Below are positions 33,378 to 43,149 of a stretch of 64,000 bases of DNA, piece after piece. This stretch comes from Candidatus Zhuqueibacterota bacterium (GTDB lineage Bacteria > Zhuqueibacterota > Zhuqueibacteria > Zhuqueibacterales > Geothermadaptataceae): the NCBI GenBank assembly GCA_030950365.1, contig JAUZRQ010000072.1, positions 64,847-128,846 on the forward strand, written 5' to 3'. Numbering within the stretch: the first letter of the stretch is position 1; every line of letters starts with the position of its first letter. The notes under the pieces are model-generated. The model ran no database searches, was not told where the DNA came from, and saw nothing but the letters and a program-made list of their open reading frames with translations. Position numbers and translations under genes: made by a program.

Positions 33378-35720
33378 ATGAATCCATCCACTCCAGTAGA
33401 GGTTGTGCTCGCCGTTGTCTGGCGAGGCCTTCGCCTGCTCATGCTGATTGCGGCCTTCATTCCCATCCCCCTTTTCAGCGCCGAAGTGTATCTTAAACAA
33501 CCCGAATTGAAGCGGGCGTATGCCATCCTCAAGAACGCCAGCCTGAGCGGTGAAAGTCTGCAACTCGGCGAAACCGTGGTTTTGCATTTGCCGGACATGA
33601 CCATTCGCTTTTTAGAAGGCCACTTTTTCCCGTTTGCATCGGTGAATGGCCGGGCGACAGGCTTTGCCTTCGTCGGTCGCGGCGAGGCGGTATTCGAGCC
33701 GCGACACGAGCTGGAAAAACAGCAGCTCCACCGCTTCACCGACCGTGACCGCCTGGATGCCGAATTCGATTACCTTGTGTTGCGCACGGCGGATGAGCGG
33801 ATGCAGGTCAGCCGATTCCAGGCCGAGGCCAACGGCCAGGCCGTTCCCGGCGGGCTGGTTAAATTCAATCGAACCCTGCAGACAGCGCTGCTAGAGCGCC
33901 GCGGTTTCAATCTGCCCTCGCGCCTGCTGGTGGAAGCGCTTCATTCACAGAGCCAGTACGTGTTCGCCGCCTTCCGCAATATCCGCGACAGCGCGGTGTT
34001 CCCGCCCATTTATTATTACGTTTACGACCCGCGGGCGCACGAGAATATCCAGCTTTACGAATACCGGCCCCGGCGGCTCGGCCAACCATTCTACACGGTG
34101 TGTAGCTATATGGAAGGCGATTACCTTTCCCCGCCGCCGGAATCGCCCCTGCGCATTACCAAATACAATGGATGGCTTCAGATTGACAACAAGGGTTTTG
34201 TCAAAGCCGATCTCGGTGCTGATGTGTTTCTGGACGGATATCCCATCCGTAGCCTGTATTTTCAATTTTCCAATCTGCTCCACCTGCACAGGGTCAAAGA
34301 TGAAAACGGCGACTCGCTGGAGTTCATTCAGGAAAAGGATCAGAACGGCTTCACGGTCTTTTTCCCATCCGATTACAAGGCGCCGGATACCCTCCGGCTG
34401 CTGTTTAGCTATTCCGGCGAACTCATGGAACGGAATGAAGACGGCAACTGGTACATCCGCGACCGGGTGTACTGGCATCCGCGGCTGGGGTATTACCGCC
34501 GGGCGCGCTACAAATTGATATTCAAATATCCGAAACGGCTGCAGGTGGTGTCCATCGGGCGGCTGGTGCGCGACTGGTACGAAAACGGCTGGCACCTGAG
34601 CTATTTCATTCACAACCGGCCGGCCAAAGCCAGCCTGTTTGCCATGGGCGATTTTGTCCGAGACGGATTCTATGGCCCCGATTCCGTATTCATCGAAATT
34701 TACGGCCGGCGAACCGGCAATCAGCGCTATTTCCGCAAAATTACCGCTGATGTGGCCAACAGCCTGTTCTTTTTCTCCAAATTTCTGCATCCGTATCAAT
34801 TCGAGAATTTACGTATTGTGGAGGCGCCCCGGCTGGACAGCCAGGGCTTCCCCGGATTCATCAACCTGTCGTACATCTCCTTCAAGATGCAGTATCACGG
34901 TATCATGGAGGCGCTGCGCAGCCATGAAGTAGCGCACCAGTGGTGGGGTAATTTGATCGGCTGGCGCACCTACCGCGATCAGTGGCTGAGTGAAGGCTTT
35001 GCCGAATATATGTCGGCGCTGTATCTTGCCTGGGCCTTTCCCGCTACGAATTTGTTCGATGAAATTGTGCGCGCCTGGCGCGATGATATCATCGAGGGCG
35101 GCAATATCGGCGTAAGTCTGGGGCTGCTGCGATTCGGATTTTCCAAAGATGCCCTGCGCAACAGTGACCTGCAACAATTTGGTGCAATTTACCTCGGTCA
35201 GCGCCTCGGGCAGAAAGAGCCCATGGATTACTTTCTGTACGTGTACGAAAAAGCCGCCTACATCCTGCACATGCTGCGCTGGTACATGATGGATGACCGG
35301 ACCGGCAGCGACGAGGCCTTCTGGGACATGCTGAATTCGTTCATCCGCAAATACCGCGGCCGCGATCCGTCCACCCGCGATTTCATCGAGCATGTCAGCG
35401 ACTATCTGCAGCAGGACATGCGCTGGTTTTTTGACCAGTGGCTGCTCAGCAATGCGATCCCGACGTATGAATACGCCTATCGCTTCGACCGCGACAGCAG
35501 CGGAACCTGGCTGCGCGGTCGCATCATTCAAAAACAGGTGCCGGAAAATTTCCGGGTCGATCTGCCCGTGCATCTGGCCTGGCCGGATGGACGACGCTGG
35601 CGCGGACGCATCGCCATCCGGCAGCCGCTAACAGCATTTGAGTTTGGTCCATTTGCGGATCAACCCTCGTCCGTGATCATGAACGCCGGTCAGGCCATTT
35701 TGGCGAAAGTCAAACGATGA
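33378..35720 (+). CDS. M1-family zinc metallopeptidase (aminopeptidase N-like), membrane-anchored or secreted
   Basis: HEVAHQWWGNLIGWRTYRDQWLSEGFAEY is HExxH-x18-E. Hydrophobic N-terminus. The start is set at MNPSTP (33378), although the ORF opens at 33330. Confidence 0.8.
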   Translation: MNPSTPVEVVLAVVWRGLRLLMLIAAFIPIPLFSAEVYLKQPELKRAYAILKNASLSGESLQLGETVVLHLPDMTIRFLEGHFFPFASVNGRATGFAFVGRGEAVFEPRHELEKQQLHRFTDRDRLDAEFDYLVLRTADERMQVSRFQAEANGQAVPGGLVKFNRTLQTALLERRGFNLPSRLLVEALHSQSQYVFAAFRNIRDSAVFPPIYYYVYDPRAHENIQLYEYRPRRLGQPFYTVCSYMEGDYLSPPPESPLRITKYNGWLQIDNKGFVKADLGADVFLDGYPIRSLYFQFSNLLHLHRVKDENGDSLEFIQEKDQNGFTVFFPSDYKAPDTLRLLFSYSGELMERNEDGNWYIRDRVYWHPRLGYYRRARYKLIFKYPKRLQVVSIGRLVRDWYENGWHLSYFIHNRPAKASLFAMGDFVRDGFYGPDSVFIEIYGRRTGNQRYFRKITADVANSLFFFSKFLHPYQFENLRIVEAPRLDSQGFPGFINLSYISFKMQYHGIMEALRSHEVAHQWWGNLIGWRTYRDQWLSEGFAEYMSALYLAWAFPATNLFDEIVRAWRDDIIEGGNIGVSLGLLRFGFSKDALRNSDLQQFGAIYLGQRLGQKEPMDYFLYVYEKAAYILHMLRWYMMDDRTGSDEAFWDMLNSFIRKYRGRDPSTRDFIEHVSDYLQQDMRWFFDQWLLSNAIPTYEYAYRFDRDSSGTWLRGRIIQKQVPENFRVDLPVHLAWPDGRRWRGRIAIRQPLTAFEFGPFADQPSSVIMNAGQAILAKVKR

Positions 35721-35985
35721 TTGATGTTAAATTTCTTGAACATTTTTTAAAAAAGGTCGTCTTTTTCTCTTGCCATTGATATTTCAAAAACCTAATTTTG
35801 TTTAAAAACATGAGCTGGAACTGCAAACACAAAGCATCGCGGCACCATTCTGTCAGCACCTGGCTTACCCATCTCGTGCACTCGAATGGCAGAGAACCCT
35901 TTCCATTTCAAATAGATTCCGCGTGATCCTTTTCAAATCCATGAATCCCTGGTTCGATGAATTTTAAAATGTAAGGAGGTATGAG

Positions 35986-36795
35986 GTGGCATTTTATTAT
36001 TCAACGCCGCAAGATCCATTAATCGCGATGATCATCGACCAAGAATTGCATGCCCGGCAACGCCTCTCTCGGCTGCTGCGTGAAATCGCTCCCGAGTTTA
36101 CCGGCATTGCCGAAGCGGCCAACGACAACGAAGCCCTGTCCAAAATCGAGCGCTTCACCCCGGATTTGATCTTTGTCGGCTATCCAGCGAGCAAACGGCT
36201 GCTGAGCGAAATGGATCGCGGTTATGCCAAGGGTGTTCCGAAAGTGGTTTTGTGTAAAAACGTGGATCGTGCGCAACCGCTGATCAATCAACTGGGGGGC
36301 TATTTTCTGCGCAAACCTGTGGACGCGCAGCATTTGAGGGATTTACTGGATTCGATGAATGGTTTTCACGCCAACGGCAATGGTAGCCATCAGATGGAGT
36401 ATCCCAATCTCAACGGTTCGAGCAACGGCGGCAATGGTCAGGGCTACCTGAACCGGCTGGTGGTTCGACGCCAGAGTCAGTTCCGCCTGTTGCCGGTGCA
36501 AAAAGTATTGTGGTTCGGCACCGAATATCGACTCGTTTACGCCTACACCGAAAAACGACGCTATCCTATCGATTTGGGGCTGGAGCAACTGGAACAACGC
36601 CTTGATCCGACACTCTTTGTGCGCGTGCATCGCTCGGCCATTGTAAATGTTAGCCGCATTCAGGAAATCATCCCGACTAGCGGAGGGCGGTGCAAAATTT
36701 TGCTGGATGATCCGCAGCAACGCATACTGCCGCTCAGTGCATCGCGTGCCAGAATGCTGAAGGACCTCGTCAAAGCCAAAGTCAGTCATCATTAA
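35986..36795 (+). CDS. LytTR-family DNA-binding regulator with degenerate (pseudo-)receiver domain
   Basis: GTG start 5 nt after the TAAGGAGGT RBS. C-terminal LytTR block LPVQKVLWFGTEYRLVYAYTEKRRYPIDLGLEQLEQRLDPTLFVRVHRSAIVNVSRIQEI. The N-terminal receiver-like fold has PDLIFVGYP where PDLIFLD is expected, so the phospho-acceptor Asp is missing. Confidence 0.8.
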   Translation: MAFYYSTPQDPLIAMIIDQELHARQRLSRLLREIAPEFTGIAEAANDNEALSKIERFTPDLIFVGYPASKRLLSEMDRGYAKGVPKVVLCKNVDRAQPLINQLGGYFLRKPVDAQHLRDLLDSMNGFHANGNGSHQMEYPNLNGSSNGGNGQGYLNRLVVRRQSQFRLLPVQKVLWFGTEYRLVYAYTEKRRYPIDLGLEQLEQRLDPTLFVRVHRSAIVNVSRIQEIIPTSGGRCKILLDDPQQRILPLSASRARMLKDLVKAKVSHH

Positions 36796-36989
36796 ATCAT
36801 CCACTTGTCCGATTTACCATGATCTATCTAGATTCCATACCGCCGTAGCGGCGGCCATGTGAGAATCTGTTAAAGAATTGGTCTGCCCTGCCGAAAATTA
36901 GAATAGCCCATGGTCCACTCGCTGGAAGGGAAGCCGGCGCATCAATTCCTGAGGACCTCAATTCAGCACATGAGGACAGGGGTTTTATT

Positions 36990-37439
36990 ATGGCTACCGT
37001 CCAGCAAATTAGCATTCATCCGAGAGAAATCCCGCCGCGTCGAAAATTCGACGATATCCCGAAGAGTCCATTCAAACGGCCATTCGAGCCGCCGCGCCGA
37101 GTCGGCGATTTTCCACTTCCCGATCCGCCGCCGTTTCAAGTGGATCTGTCCAAGCCCCAAAAAATCAAAAAGCTCGACACGGATACGGTTCCGAAAACGG
37201 TAAATAGCAAATACGCGTTGAAAAAAGCCATTCAAACCTATGAATCCGATCCGGAAAAAATTCGCGCACGCTGGCAAAAAGGCGCTTCGGCGTGGAAGAC
37301 CGGCCAAAGCACCTTAGTCCCTCAAGGTGGCTCGTCGCTATTGCGGACAGCTACCGGTGTTTACTCACTGAAGGCCTTTCAATCGGCCCGGCAATCACTG
37401 ACATCTCAGCAAACTTCCCAATTAGATATCCTTGCTTGA
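36990..37439 (+). CDS. Hypothetical P/K-rich protein (149 aa)
   Basis: ATG 8 nt after AGGGGT. Coding-like codon pattern and no recognised domain. The segment YALKKAIQTYESDPEKIRARW weakly recalls the FlgM C-terminal motif, which is not enough for a call. Confidence 0.4.
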   Translation: MATVQQISIHPREIPPRRKFDDIPKSPFKRPFEPPRRVGDFPLPDPPPFQVDLSKPQKIKKLDTDTVPKTVNSKYALKKAIQTYESDPEKIRARWQKGASAWKTGQSTLVPQGGSSLLRTATGVYSLKAFQSARQSLTSQQTSQLDILA

Positions 37440-37671
37440 CGTTCTGTTTTTCCATCTCCCGCCGGTTGGTTTTTGTTTGCATTCCGTATTTGATGTTCTA
37501 TCTTTAATAGTTCCTGCTTTTCAACCGTCTTCATATTTGCATTTTCTTCTATTGATGATTTCCGTCAGATCATTAAATTAGCCATCATCAGGAGCTTACC
37601 GGGGAAAATCACCGCATTCCCGTTTGCAGTGGAATGCCTGAAGGAAACACATCAATGACAGGAGTTGCACG

Positions 37672-38037
37672 GTGCAGAGAGGACAGACCTTGCGCAAATG
37701 GTTTTGGATCACTGCGGCCGGAGCGGTGTTGTTTGCGGCCTGCGGCAAGGACAATCCCTTCCTGCCAGAAGTCCGGCAGGACAACGAGGTGTGGATTCAA
37801 TCAGACGGATTCAATCCCAAAACGCTAAAGGTCAGCGCGGGCACCACCGTGGAATGGATCAATAAGGATAGCGAGGTGCACCTGGTGGATAGTGGCACGC
37901 CAGGCAACCCAACTCTGCTTTTTACCTCGACAAACATCAAACCGGGTTCAAGCTGGTCACACACCTTCACGAAGGCCGGCACATATGACTACTATTGCCG
38001 CATTCACGGACGCACCGGTACCATTCTTGTCGAATAA
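37672..38037 (+). CDS. Cupredoxin-fold lipoprotein (plastocyanin/amicyanin-like)
   Basis: Lipobox LFAAC|GKD. Cupredoxin pattern KVSAGTTVEWINKDSEVHLV...GTYDYYCRIHGRTGTILV contains the His...Cys-x2-His ligands. The position four residues after the second His is Thr, not Met. Confidence 0.75.
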   Translation: MQRGQTLRKWFWITAAGAVLFAACGKDNPFLPEVRQDNEVWIQSDGFNPKTLKVSAGTTVEWINKDSEVHLVDSGTPGNPTLLFTSTNIKPGSSWSHTFTKAGTYDYYCRIHGRTGTILVE

Positions 38038-38228
38038 TTTGGCCTGCTCCGTTGTTGTATAAATAATGAAATTCAGCCGCCAGACCGTTCCCCGGGGCAT
38101 GCCGAACCCGTGTGCGGTTGCTTAAGCGCTTTTCTTCGCTGATCATCCGGGACAGGCATCCATAGCGGCTATGTTCATTATTTGAATCCACACGACAAGG
38201 ATTTCCAGTTATATTATGCGGAGGGATC

Positions 38229-39509
38229 ATGTTGCCATTATTCAAGCGGAGCAGGCGATGGGGATGGGTTTGCCTACTCTTTTCGGGGGCATGGATGCTT
38301 TCCACCAGCCACCTGCATGCTCAGTCACGCATCCCGCCCGAGGTGCTAACGATTTTTGAAAACAGTTGTGCGTATTCCGGTTGCCACATGGGGCGGCGGG
38401 CGCCGCGCGGTCTGGATTTGACCGAAGACCGGGCTTATGGGAATCTCGTCGGCGTGGAATCGTCCACCAAACCGCAGTTCTTGCTGGTTAAACCCGGCGA
38501 TCCCGATAAAAGCTATATCATCAAAAAGTTGCTGGGGGCGGACGATATTTCCGGCGAGCAGATGCCCAAGGGCAATGAGCCGTTGCCGCCAGAGCAAATT
38601 CAGGTGATTACCGATTGGATCCGTTCATTGGGTCCGGAACCGGCGCCGAAATCCGCGGAGAAGGTCGAACCGCCCAAACCCCGGCGACGGACCGCGTTCC
38701 CCGGTGTCACGGTGGCCAACTTGCCGACCCCGCAAACGCCGGCTCGCGGCGGCTTCGTCTACCGCATTTCACACCGTTTCCGGTCGCCTGTGCGTGATGG
38801 ATTCGATCGCCTGTTCGGACTGGATGGAGGCGCGTACATGATGACGCAAATGGGGCTGCCCCTGAGCGACAACCTCTATTTTACCCTTGCCCGGTCGGCC
38901 ATCAATGCGACGTTCGAATTGGCTGGCAAATGGCGGTTCTGGCAGCAAATGGATTCCGGATGGCCGCCCATTTCGGCTGCGCTGGTGGCCGGCGTCGCCT
39001 GGGCCACCCTCAAACAAGTGCCGGATCCGTCGGCCCCGAACGGAGCTTTTCTTCCGCGCACAGCCGGCGAGCGCTTCAGCCTGTTTGCGCAATTGCCGGT
39101 CAGCAAAGCGCTGGGCGACCGGCTGTCTCTGCTGCTGGTTCCGGGCATTCTGTTCAATGGCAATGTCAGCATGACCGATGAAAAACCGCTGGTGACGCTT
39201 GGCGTGGCCGGCCGGTGGGAAATGAACCGGAAATACGGATTGTTCGTCGAATGGGTGCCGATCCTGTCCGGCGCTGAAGACGCGGCCGTGGTCGGCGGAC
39301 CGCGAATCGAGGATGGCATGCGAATGTTGAATGACACGTTTTCTGTGGGGATGGAAATCGCCGTTGGCGGCCATGTGTTTCATGTGTTTGTCACTAATTC
39401 GGGTGGCAACACTACCAACCAGTATTTGAGTGGCGGCAACTTTGATTTCGTTGATGGTGAATTCCGCCTGGGCTTCAATATCTATCGCCACCTCGATTTT
39501 CCATTCTGA
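38229..39509 (+). CDS. Secreted protein: CX4CH cytochrome-c-like (PSCyt1-like) module fused to a DUF5777-like beta-barrel
   Basis: Signal peptide ...STSHLHAQ. N-terminal module IFENSCAYSGCHMGRRAPRGLDL..AYGNLV..VKPGDPDKSYIIKKL..MPKGNEPLPPEQIQVITDWI. The C-terminal ~280 aa begin FPGVTVANLPTPQTPARGGFVYRISHRFRSPV...LFGLDGGAYMMTQMGLPLSDNLYFTLARS and show alternating beta-strand patterns I associate with DUF5777 barrels. Confidence 0.65.
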   Translation: MLPLFKRSRRWGWVCLLFSGAWMLSTSHLHAQSRIPPEVLTIFENSCAYSGCHMGRRAPRGLDLTEDRAYGNLVGVESSTKPQFLLVKPGDPDKSYIIKKLLGADDISGEQMPKGNEPLPPEQIQVITDWIRSLGPEPAPKSAEKVEPPKPRRRTAFPGVTVANLPTPQTPARGGFVYRISHRFRSPVRDGFDRLFGLDGGAYMMTQMGLPLSDNLYFTLARSAINATFELAGKWRFWQQMDSGWPPISAALVAGVAWATLKQVPDPSAPNGAFLPRTAGERFSLFAQLPVSKALGDRLSLLLVPGILFNGNVSMTDEKPLVTLGVAGRWEMNRKYGLFVEWVPILSGAEDAAVVGGPRIEDGMRMLNDTFSVGMEIAVGGHVFHVFVTNSGGNTTNQYLSGGNFDFVDGEFRLGFNIYRHLDFPF

Positions 39510-39878
39510 ATGGTGCTTTCCATTATGCGAATAAGTACGAATCCAAAAAGTTCTTTCGGGTGGTTTGCATTCAAATAAACGGAACGCATTTTGAGGGACC
39601 GTCTTCAGGAACAAAATCAACCGGTTGTCATATACCAAGGTGCATAACCGGTGTAAGCGTTCTTTGTGATTTTGTAATGTGGGTTAGGTCAATCGTTATC
39701 CGCCGGGTGTGAGCAGACCTCTCCGTGGGCTTCGGTGAAGTTAGTTGATAGAGTAGAGTACGTTTTTTAATCTGGATAAATATTATAACGACCAATTGGT
39801 CGTGAATGCTTAGGAACGCATTCCAGCAAGCGCCCTTTTTCAAATATTATCTTTCTTAACCATTAACGGAGGTGTACC

Positions 39879-40337
39879 ATGGCTGCACGCGGAGCGTTGT
39901 CCCATTCTGTCGGAAAAGGGGGGGGATTATTGATGTTTTGCGCGGCTCTTTTGCTGTCGGCCTGCCAGCGCGATCAGGGGAGCTATGGTCCTACGGGTCC
40001 GGATAATGGAGATAATAATCAGACCACCATCGAGGCCACGTTTTCCAGCATTCAGCAAAACATTCTTACTCCCGGATGCGTGAATCGAGGTTGCCATCCC
40101 CCTGCCGGCCCAATGTCGCTAAAACAAGGCGAGGCTTACCAGAATCTGGTCAATCAGCCATCGGCCTATGGCATGCCACGGGTGGATCCGGGCAAACCCG
40201 ATAACAGCGCGCTTTATCTCAAAGTTGTCGGTGACGCCCGGACGGGTGCCCGAATGCCGCTGAATGCGCCGCCGCTGTCTCAGGAGCAGATCGACGCCAT
40301 CCGTACCTGGATTCAGAACGGCGCAAAAAACGATTGA
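39879..40337 (+). CDS. Lipoprotein consisting of a single CX4CH cytochrome-c-like (PSCyt1-like) module
   Basis: RBS ACGGAGGTG. Lipobox LLLSAC|QRD. IQQNILTPGCVNRGCHPPAGPMSLKQGEAYQNLV..VDPGKPDNSALYLKVVG..MPLNAPPLSQEQIDAIRTWIQNGA is clearly paralogous to residues ~37-135 of the upstream gene. Confidence 0.7.
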   Translation: MAARGALSHSVGKGGGLLMFCAALLLSACQRDQGSYGPTGPDNGDNNQTTIEATFSSIQQNILTPGCVNRGCHPPAGPMSLKQGEAYQNLVNQPSAYGMPRVDPGKPDNSALYLKVVGDARTGARMPLNAPPLSQEQIDAIRTWIQNGAKND

Positions 40338-40567
40338 CGCGCTGTGTGCGATGGCACCATGCAACGCGGCATCCACCTTTCACAGGGCAGAATTTCCTTG
40401 CATTGCTCCCGGCTTTATGGGCATATTGCCACACAATCCGGGTATCCAACACGCAGAATGGATAATGGAGTTTGATCGGCGTGGCCAGACATGCAGCGGG
40501 AACATGCAGGACGACCGCGGGGCAGGGGGCGGATACGGCGCAGCGGCCCCCCGCAGTAGCGGACAGC

Positions 40568-41272
40568 ATGCTGCCCACACAGCGCCGGTGGTATGCGGCC
40601 AGGACGCCGCTGCGAGCGAGGCTGTTTCGCCGGCTGCGGCCGCTCTTTTTGGGCATCATCCTGCCCCTCATCCAGCATCACCGTAAGAAAAATGCCGCCA
40701 CGCACGTTCTGGGGCTGGAGCTGCAAACCGTGTTTGACGTTTACCATCCGCGATTTTTTGTCAGCAGCCGGTGGCTGGCCGAGAAGGTGCGCCGCCAGCG
40801 GTTGCGGGGCCGGCGATTTCTGGACATGGGCACCGGCTCCGGTCTGATAGGCCTGGTGGCGGCGAAATGCGGCGCCCGCGTAACGGCCGTCGATACCCAG
40901 CCCCTGGCGGTACAATTGGCTCAGGAAAATGCCCGCCGGCAGGGCCTCGCAGACGGTTTCGACTGTTTCGTCGGTGATTTGTTTTCTGCCCTCCCCCGCA
41001 TGGCGCAATTTGATGTCATCGCATTTGATCCGCCAATGAGCGCCTGCCGGAACACGAGCGAGGGATCGCTGCTTGCTCGCTTTTTCGCGCATGCGCGCGA
41101 CCACCTTGCTGCAAACGGCCGCCTGCTGCTGGTTCTTTCATCAGACCTGCCGCTGCGGCACATCGATGCCCTGATTCAACAGCACGGCTATCGCCTGGTG
41201 CAGTACAGCCAGAAGCACCACATCCTGGGTTCGTATCATTTTCTGGAATTGCAGCTCGATTCCGGGCGGTAG
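40568..41272 (+). CDS. Class I SAM-dependent methyltransferase (HemK/PrmC-related small-domain type)
   Basis: SAM motif FLDMGTGSGLIGLVAA...VTAVD and post-motif VIAFDPPM in place of NPPY. The ATG at 40568 is preferred over the TTG at 40472. Confidence 0.65.
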   Translation: MLPTQRRWYAARTPLRARLFRRLRPLFLGIILPLIQHHRKKNAATHVLGLELQTVFDVYHPRFFVSSRWLAEKVRRQRLRGRRFLDMGTGSGLIGLVAAKCGARVTAVDTQPLAVQLAQENARRQGLADGFDCFVGDLFSALPRMAQFDVIAFDPPMSACRNTSEGSLLARFFAHARDHLAANGRLLLVLSSDLPLRHIDALIQQHGYRLVQYSQKHHILGSYHFLELQLDSGR

Positions 41273-41406
41273 CATCGCCAGCCGCTCGCTGCAATTGATA
41301 GTCCATCGGCTGTCATGGATCGAAGTTGATAGCCATCCCTTTCTGCGCGTCAATCCGGAACGAAATATGTTCGCGTCCATACCCATGACCTGAGGAGGAA
41401 AACCGC

Positions 41407-42921
41407 ATGTCCACGTTTTCTGAATTTGAGAATTACGATGGATTTGGTCTTGCAGAGCTGGTCAAAAAGGGGGATGTGAAGCCGGTCGAACTGGTTGATG
41501 CCGCGATCGAACGCATTGAAACGCACAATCCAATCTTGAATGCAGTGATTTACAAAACGTTTGAGCAGGCCAGGGAGGCTGCCCGCGGCGATTTGCCGGA
41601 CGGACCGTTTAAAGGAGTTCCCTTTTTGCTCAAAGATCTCATCGCTACCTGGGGCGGCATGCCCATGTCCAGCGGCTCCCGGTTTTTCCAGGGGTACAAG
41701 CCGCCGCGTGACAGCGAACTGGTGCGGCGTTACAAAGCCGCGGGAGTGGTCATTCTGGGCAAAACCAACACACCGGAATTTGGCCTCACCCCCTTCACCG
41801 AGCCCGAGGCTTTCGGTCCAACGCGCAATCCCTGGGATGTGACCCGCACGTCCGGCGGCTCCAGCGGCGGATCGGCGGCAGCCGTGGCGGCAGGCATGGT
41901 GCCCCTGGCGCACGGCAATGATGGTGGAGGCTCCATCCGCATTCCGGCCTCGTGCTGCGGCCTGTTCGGATTGAAGCCCACCCGCGGTCGCCTGCCCATG
42001 GGGCCCGATCTGGGCGAAATCTGGTTCGGGATGGCCGTGGAGCACGTGCTCACGCGATCGGTGCGTGACAGCGCAGCCATGCTGGACGCCACCGCCGGGC
42101 CCGATCCCGGTGCGCCTTACTATCCGCCGCCGCCCGAGCGGCCCTATGTCGAAGAAATCAAACGCGATCCTGGCAAACTGAAAATCGCCTTTACCACCCG
42201 GCCCATGGTGGGACGCATTGTGGAGCCGGATTGTAAAAAAGCCGTGCAAGAAACCGCAAAATTCCTCAACAGCCTGGGGCACGAGCTGGTGGAGGATGCG
42301 CCCGAGATCGACGGGGAGGCGTTTTCGCGCGCGTTTGTGACCATGGTGTGCGCCGAAGTGGCCGCGGACATCGCCGATGCTGAGGTGATACTGGGCAAGA
42401 AAGCCTCGCACCGCGATTTCGAGCTCGCCACCTGGCTGCTGGCGCTCATGGGCAACGCGCTTACCGCCAAAGAATTGAGCCGCGCTTTGCGTTACCTCAA
42501 AATCGTTTCCCGTTCGATCGGCCAATTCTTTCAAAAGTATGACCTGCTGCTGACGCCCACGCTCGGCATGGTGCCGTTCAAGATCGGAGCGCTGCAGCCG
42601 GAGCAGCAATTGTCCAGCGCCGAAGTGGGCATGATGCGCGTGATTGCCCGAACCAACGCGGCATGGTTACTCAACATGGCCGGCGGCATCGATAAAATTG
42701 CCGAGGGCATTTTCGATTTTATCCCATGGACGCCGGTGTTCAATGTCACCGGACAGCCCGCGATGTCGGTGCCCCTGTATTGGAACGACGACAATATCCC
42801 CATTGGTTTACATTTTGTGGCGCGCTACGCCGATGAGGCCACGTTGTTCCGGTTGGCCGGCCAACTGGAGCAGGCCATGCCGTGGTTCCACCGCCGGCCG
42901 TCAGTTGCAATGGGGGCGTAA
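41407..42921 (+). CDS. Amidase-signature (AS) family amidase
   Basis: RBS GAGGAGGAA. AS motif [33 protein letters not shown]. Catalytic Lys context PFLLKDL. Confidence 0.88.
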   Translation: MSTFSEFENYDGFGLAELVKKGDVKPVELVDAAIERIETHNPILNAVIYKTFEQAREAARGDLPDGPFKGVPFLLKDLIATWGGMPMSSGSRFFQGYKPPRDSELVRRYKAAGVVILGKTNTPEFGLTPFTEPEAFGPTRNPWDVTRTSGGSSGGSAAAVAAGMVPLAHGNDGGGSIRIPASCCGLFGLKPTRGRLPMGPDLGEIWFGMAVEHVLTRSVRDSAAMLDATAGPDPGAPYYPPPPERPYVEEIKRDPGKLKIAFTTRPMVGRIVEPDCKKAVQETAKFLNSLGHELVEDAPEIDGEAFSRAFVTMVCAEVAADIADAEVILGKKASHRDFELATWLLALMGNALTAKELSRALRYLKIVSRSIGQFFQKYDLLLTPTLGMVPFKIGALQPEQQLSSAEVGMMRVIARTNAAWLLNMAGGIDKIAEGIFDFIPWTPVFNVTGQPAMSVPLYWNDDNIPIGLHFVARYADEATLFRLAGQLEQAMPWFHRRPSVAMGA

Positions 42922-43149
42922 ACACGCCCCCAATGTAGCCGGACTTTTTTGCGGTCTAACAGCGCTGATTTTCCCTTCAAAGGGTTTTAATCATACCGAC
43001 CTTTTATCAAATTTTTGCCATATTCTTCAAAGTTGGCTCACCCCTACCGATTTATTTTGTTGATTAAACCGATCGGCATAAATACAACCTCATCTATCCC
43101 AGCAGCAATGATGATTAACGTTTTCGCGTTGCCGGCCTGAGAACCTAAA

